Part shown: piece by piece, positions 60,146 to 64,000 of the stretch
How the letters are laid out: each line of letters opens with the position of its first letter
Numbering within the stretch: the first letter of the stretch is position 1
Assembly: GCA_001821435.1 (NCBI GenBank)
Contig: MHLP01000007.1
Location: 1,620 to 65,619, forward strand
Source of the DNA: Candidatus Lloydbacteria bacterium RIFCSPLOWO2_01_FULL_50_20
Lineage (GTDB): Bacteria > Patescibacteriota > Minisyncoccia > Phycocordibacterales > UBA6899
DNA: 64,000 nt
Direction: 5' to 3'
Program-made: the position numbers and the translations under genes
Notes under the pieces: generated by a model
Databases searched by the model: none
Told to the model about the DNA's origin: nothing
Seen by the model: the letters and a program-made list of their open reading frames with translations, nothing else

Positions 60146-60727
60146 TTAAGCGATCTTGAGCAAGGACTCTAGTACCACGGGAAGTTCCGTTATGCCGTCG
60201 TTGCCACCCTTGAAGTGTCCCATGCGTTCTTTTAAGACGATCTCTGAACCGAGTTTGTCACGAAAATCGTCCTGATTATCGAGGGGCACGTAAGGATCGT
60301 TGTCGGAGAATATCGCGATACTTTTGGGAAGATGCGCTCTTACGCTATTGAGGTCGAGCGGCGTGTCGAGCCAATGCTGCTCAGTTTCTCGTACGTCCGG
60401 TTCATTCTCAAGTCCGGTAAGGTGTTTGAAAAATCCGGCGACAAATACAGCACCGCCAACCTTCGCCGCCTCAGGAAGCGTTGCAAGATATCGTGCAATA
60501 GCCTGGCATCCCATGCTATGCCCGACGAGATATGTTTGTTCATCGGGAGTTCCGATCACTTCTTGAAGTTTCGGTATCCATTTTTCTATGCGCGGGTTAT
60601 CGGCGTCGGGAAGCGCTGGAATGTGTACCTCAAAACCTCTTGCCTCAAGTGCTTGTGTAAGCCAAGGGAACCATCCCTCCTTGGGGCTTCCTTCCCATCC
60701 GTGGGCAATAATTACTCTTTTTTTCAT
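60146..60727 (-). CDS. RBBP9/YdeN alpha/beta hydrolase
   Basis: HGW, WFPWL, GHSMG, SDNDPYV, GHF. Confidence 0.9.
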   Translation of the reverse strand: MKKRVIIAHGWEGSPKEGWFPWLTQALEARGFEVHIPALPDADNPRIEKWIPKLQEVIGTPDEQTYLVGHSMGCQAIARYLATLPEAAKVGGAVFVAGFFKHLTGLENEPDVRETEQHWLDTPLDLNSVRAHLPKSIAIFSDNDPYVPLDNQDDFRDKLGSEIVLKERMGHFKGGNDGITELPVVLESLLKIA

Positions 60728-61003
60728 ATGGAAGAATTTTGTTTGTTAAGTTCCCCGTGGAAGTTCTTATTCATAGTGCAGTATTCTTGAATTAGTCCGA
60801 ACCGCTTTCGCCGCCTGCGGCGGCGAGGAAGTCCCCCCGCGAAAAATCCGAAAGGCGGCGGAGCCGCACCGCTGACAATTTCAAGTTTTTCTTTGGCGGC
60901 ATTCAATTCAGAATTCGCAAAGCGAATACAAATAGATTATATGAAAAATAATGAGATAAATCAACAAAATGAAAAGCCACTTTTTCAAGGGAAAGTGGCA
61001 AAC

Positions 61004-61426
61004 CTAACGGAACATGTTGTCGATTGTGAACGCGAGCCAGAGAGAGCCGACGAGCCAACCAAGTGTCAAGAGCTTCTTGACGACTGTCGGCAGAGGAATA
61101 CTCACTTTGCTGAATCTCTCCACGATGACGACAACCGCGTTCATCATGAAAAAGATTGTGGAGCCGTACTCGAAGTTTCTCTTGCCGAAGTATACGAGCC
61201 AGATAAATCCGTCATGCCACAGACCCGTGACAAGAAAGATTACCAGTATCGTCGGCAAGACAGCGATCCGAGTTCCCGTCTTGCGGCGAATCCACCGCAG
61301 AAGCAGGAAGTACATGTAGTGAATCGCCGGATTCCACTTGCTCCAGAAATCAGCGACTGTGTTGGCCTCCCAGAATCTTCCGGGAAACCACATCGTGTTG
61401 GGTTTACCCGAAAGTCTACTCATCAT
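61004..61426 (-). CDS. MBOAT-family acyltransferase-like protein (short)
   Basis: DFWSKWN..IH, FLVTGLWHD. Confidence 0.7.
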   Translation of the reverse strand: MMSRLSGKPNTMWFPGRFWEANTVADFWSKWNPAIHYMYFLLLRWIRRKTGTRIAVLPTILVIFLVTGLWHDGFIWLVYFGKRNFEYGSTIFFMMNAVVVIVERFSKVSIPLPTVVKKLLTLGWLVGSLWLAFTIDNMFR

Positions 61427-61706
61427 CTTTTCTCCTTTAAGGTACAGTTCTCTACGGCACTATTAGCCAGAGATTGTCAGTTTCTTGCGATTCTGGAAAT
61501 ATTACCAATATAGCATATATGAGCTTGAAAGTCAAGCTCAATAGAAAAAGCCCCTATTCTAGGCTTTTTCTAGGTTTCAGTATTGGATTAAAAAATTTTC
61601 TTCCCCCAAAATGCGAAACCGCCAATTCGTTTCTTCCCCCAAAATTGAATACAAATTAGTCGCCGAGCGAAGCGAGGCGAACCTTTCAAACTTGCAATTT
61701 CCTACG

Positions 61707-61793
61707 TGGTGCCCGGGGTCGGAATCGAACCGACACGTCCTTTCGGACAATTGATTTTAAGTCAATCCTGTCTACCAGTTTCAGCACCCGGGC
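61707..61793 (-). tRNA. tRNA-Leu(TAA)
   Basis: GCCCGGG...CCCGGGC-ACCA, loop CT-TAA-AA. Confidence 0.95.
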
Positions 61794-61804
61794 TTGAATT
61801 GTCA

Positions 61805-62281
61805 CTAGCCCCTCTTTTTATTTCTACCACGATGTGTGGGTTGCAGGCTATGGCAATTTGGGCAAAGTATTCTTAAGTTAGTAATCCTATTATCATAACG
61901 GTCGCCGTTGATGTGGTCGAGCTCAAGTGGGAGCCGTCCATCAGGGGAAATTGTCGCCCAACTGCACTGCTCACATTTTGGCTCCTTTCTTCCTTCAGCG
62001 AACAGCCTCTTTTTTAGTTTATAACTTTGGAAGTTGTTATTTTTCGTAAGTATTTGCGTAAGGGAGTAAACCGGTTCGCGGGGGATCTTCCTGCCCTTGT
62101 TTGCTCCTACACTTAAAAAGTGATCAGTATTTATGTGACACTCCTTGATATGTCTCTTTATTTGTTCATAATTTCCCCCTGCTTCCACAAGCCCAAGTCG
62201 ATGTAAAACCTGACGCCTATTGGTTGAAAGATGTACGGCATCACGCAAACTCGCCTCATCCCATTTTTTGTGCCGTGACAT
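61805..62281 (-). CDS. HNH endonuclease
   Basis: CEQC, LELDHING..DN...NLRILCPNCH. Confidence 0.92.
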   Translation of the reverse strand: MSRHKKWDEASLRDAVHLSTNRRQVLHRLGLVEAGGNYEQIKRHIKECHINTDHFLSVGANKGRKIPREPVYSLTQILTKNNNFQSYKLKKRLFAEGRKEPKCEQCSWATISPDGRLPLELDHINGDRYDNRITNLRILCPNCHSLQPTHRGRNKKRG

Positions 62282-62381
62282 ATTGGTGGGATATCACATA
62301 CTCAGTCATAGATGTCTCTACCATTGCACTTTTGAAACTTTTCTTATACCAAAAAACGTGTTATATTCTTTCTGTTTCAAT

Positions 62382-62453
62382 GGCGTGGTGGCGAAGTGGC
62401 AACGCAGCAGTCTGCAAAACTGTTATGCGCGGGTTCGATTCCCGCCCACGCCT
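62382..62453 (+). tRNA. tRNA-Cys(GCA)
   Basis: GGCGTGG...CCACGCC-T, loop CT-GCA-AA. Confidence 0.95.
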
Positions 62454-62470
62454 CAGTATTGTTGCTTTTA

Positions 62471-62797
62471 TTATTCCGTTTCCAGCAGCTCCTCGATGCG
62501 CTGGCGATTTTGTTCACCGAGGTCCGGCAAGAAGGTGACCTGCGGAAGCACACGCATCCGTGAATGCTTCTTCAAATATTCCTTGAATTCAGGTCGAAGA
62601 CGATTGGCAAACAGAACGGCGGTATGCTCGCTGTTCTTTGGAAGTACGGAGAGAAGGATATTCGCGCGCTTAAGATCCGGAGAAAGGATTACATTTGTCA
62701 CCGTAATCAGCGAAGTACGATTCGAATGACGGTTCAGGAATTCTCCGGCAAGATCTTTCAAATGGAAAAGTAGTTTTTCCTCTTTATGTATCGTCAT
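62471..62797 (-). CDS. rbfA: Ribosome-binding factor A
   Basis: ITVT.V.LSPDLK.A, R.LP.V.F..D; follows infB. Confidence 0.9.
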   Translation of the reverse strand: MTIHKEEKLLFHLKDLAGEFLNRHSNRTSLITVTNVILSPDLKRANILLSVLPKNSEHTAVLFANRLRPEFKEYLKKHSRMRVLPQVTFLPDLGEQNRQRIEELLETE

Positions 62798-62798
62798 A

Positions 62799-64000
62799 TC
62801 ATTGCCTGCTTACCACGGTATACGGAATGAGGACGTCTCTTTCAGCAATGGTGATCTTCGACTCGACCTGCAGTCCGCATTCGTTGCCTTCGTCGACTTC
62901 CGGGACCTTGATCTTTTGCGCCTGAAGTTCAATTATCCTTCCTTCACCGACCTCCGTATCTCGGCGCATGATCTTGAATTTTGCTCCGCTCGCGATCTTT
63001 CCTCTTGTGACGCGTCCGCCGATCACCTGCCGTTCTTTTTGCTGGCTGAAAAATCGTATCACGCGCAACTGGCCTAATTCTTCGACGACCTCGATATGGG
63101 GCGCGCGATGGAGCATTTCTTCCGCAAGCCACTCGGTAAGTTTGTAGATAATATCAAAATCGTAGATCGCTATATTGTTCCGTGAAGCAAGATCTGCGGC
63201 GAGCGCGTCGGTCTTCGTATGGAAACCGATGACGAGCGGATCCGTCGCACCGAGCGCCACCTTGATATCCGACTCCGATATTGCGCCGACCCCGCACTGA
63301 ATGAGCTTTATGTGTACGCGCTCGTGGGTAAGTTTTTTGAGTTCGTGTTCGACCGCTTCGAGCGTTCCCGCGACATCTGTTTTAAGAATAATAGGTATGA
63401 TGACCGTGCCTTCGGGAAGCGTTTCCTCTTTCGGTTTGATCGGATGAGTTTTCGCTTTTACCAGCGCCTGTTCGGCATCTTTTTTCTTCGCGTAGGAGGT
63501 AACGATCGCTCCGACTTCAGGCATTTTGCTCCAGCCGGTAAGAAGGATGGGGGATGAAAACGTCGCCGTTTCGATAGCGTTGCCCGTAAAATTTTGCATC
63601 ATCCGCCCGGGAACAAGTGCGTCTTCGGCAACTGCGAACATACTGCGTGTCAGCGCCCCATCGGTCAGTACCACTGTCGCGGTGATGCCCCTTTTCGGGT
63701 CCATGTGCGATTCAATGACGACGCCTTCTCCGGGCTTTTTCGGATCACCGGTAAGCTCGGCAAGTTCCGCAACGAGAAGCATCATGTCGAGCAGTTCGCT
63801 CACTCCCGTTCCTTCTTTTGCGGAGATCGCGACGGAGGGTATATCGCCGCCGTAGCCCTCGACGTAGATCCCCGCTTCGGCGAGGGTTTGTTTGGTGCGG
63901 TCGATGTTCGCGTTCGGTTTATCGATCTTATTGATCGCAACGATATAGGGGATCTCCGTTTCCATGATCGACTTATATGCTTCGATCGTTTGCGCCTTAA
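62799..64000 (-). CDS. infB: Translation initiation factor IF-2 (5' part outside the window)
   Basis: AINKID, ISAK.G.G, KTDVAGTLEA, ECG. Confidence 0.96.
   Translation of the reverse strand, partial: KAQTIEAYKSIMETEIPYIVAINKIDKPNANIDRTKQTLAEAGIYVEGYGGDIPSVAISAKEGTGVSELLDMMLLVAELAELTGDPKKPGEGVVIESHMDPKRGITATVVLTDGALTRSMFAVAEDALVPGRMMQNFTGNAIETATFSSPILLTGWSKMPEVGAIVTSYAKKKDAEQALVKAKTHPIKPKEETLPEGTVIIPIILKTDVAGTLEAVEHELKKLTHERVHIKLIQCGVGAISESDIKVALGATDPLVIGFHTKTDALAADLASRNNIAIYDFDIIYKLTEWLAEEMLHRAPHIEVVEELGQLRVIRFFSQQKERQVIGGRVTRGKIASGAKFKIMRRDTEVGEGRIIELQAQKIKVPEVDEGNECGLQVESKITIAERDVLIPYTVVSRQ

Noticed and set aside
60825-60880. RNase P RNA from GAGGAAGTCCCC
   Set aside because: No matching 3' half or other conserved regions; better explained as a recombinase tail
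1-64000. Alternative genetic code or stop readthrough
   Set aside because: Core genes are full-length in code 11; reading through minigene TAGs gives no protein-like sequence

Overview
This 64 kb bacterial window looks like Patescibacteria (Parcubacteria/CPR); that is an inference from gene content and style, not a database result. Housekeeping genes include valS, tsaD, ftsA/ftsZ, ybeY, rpsU, hisS, lepB, pth, rpsA, gyrA, rbfA and partial infB. There are ten tRNA genes, and an array of nine VirB2/TrbC-like pilin genes. A protein O-mannosylation-type cluster and several tRNA-anchored islands are also present: serine recombinase + RHS, speD-speE, and MBOAT. Small mobile DNA is abundant: RAYT genes, REP-like palindromes (some in frame inside genes), terminal-inverted-repeat elements at start codons, and endonuclease genes abutting tRNA 5' ends. 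The strongest novelty candidate is an ORF-poor 1.6 kb block at 42.6-44.2 kb. It holds three promoter/terminator-bounded minus-strand transcripts, the largest ~900 nt and built from three covarying hairpin repeats interleaved with Shine-Dalgarno-led 4-6 aa minigenes. Other highlights are a stand-alone 312-nt structured RNA, a shared tRNA 5'-end duplication motif at two tRNAs, and a 31-bp perfect inverted repeat linking the tsaD start codon to its own 3' end. All calls were made by eye; no searches or folding programs were run.
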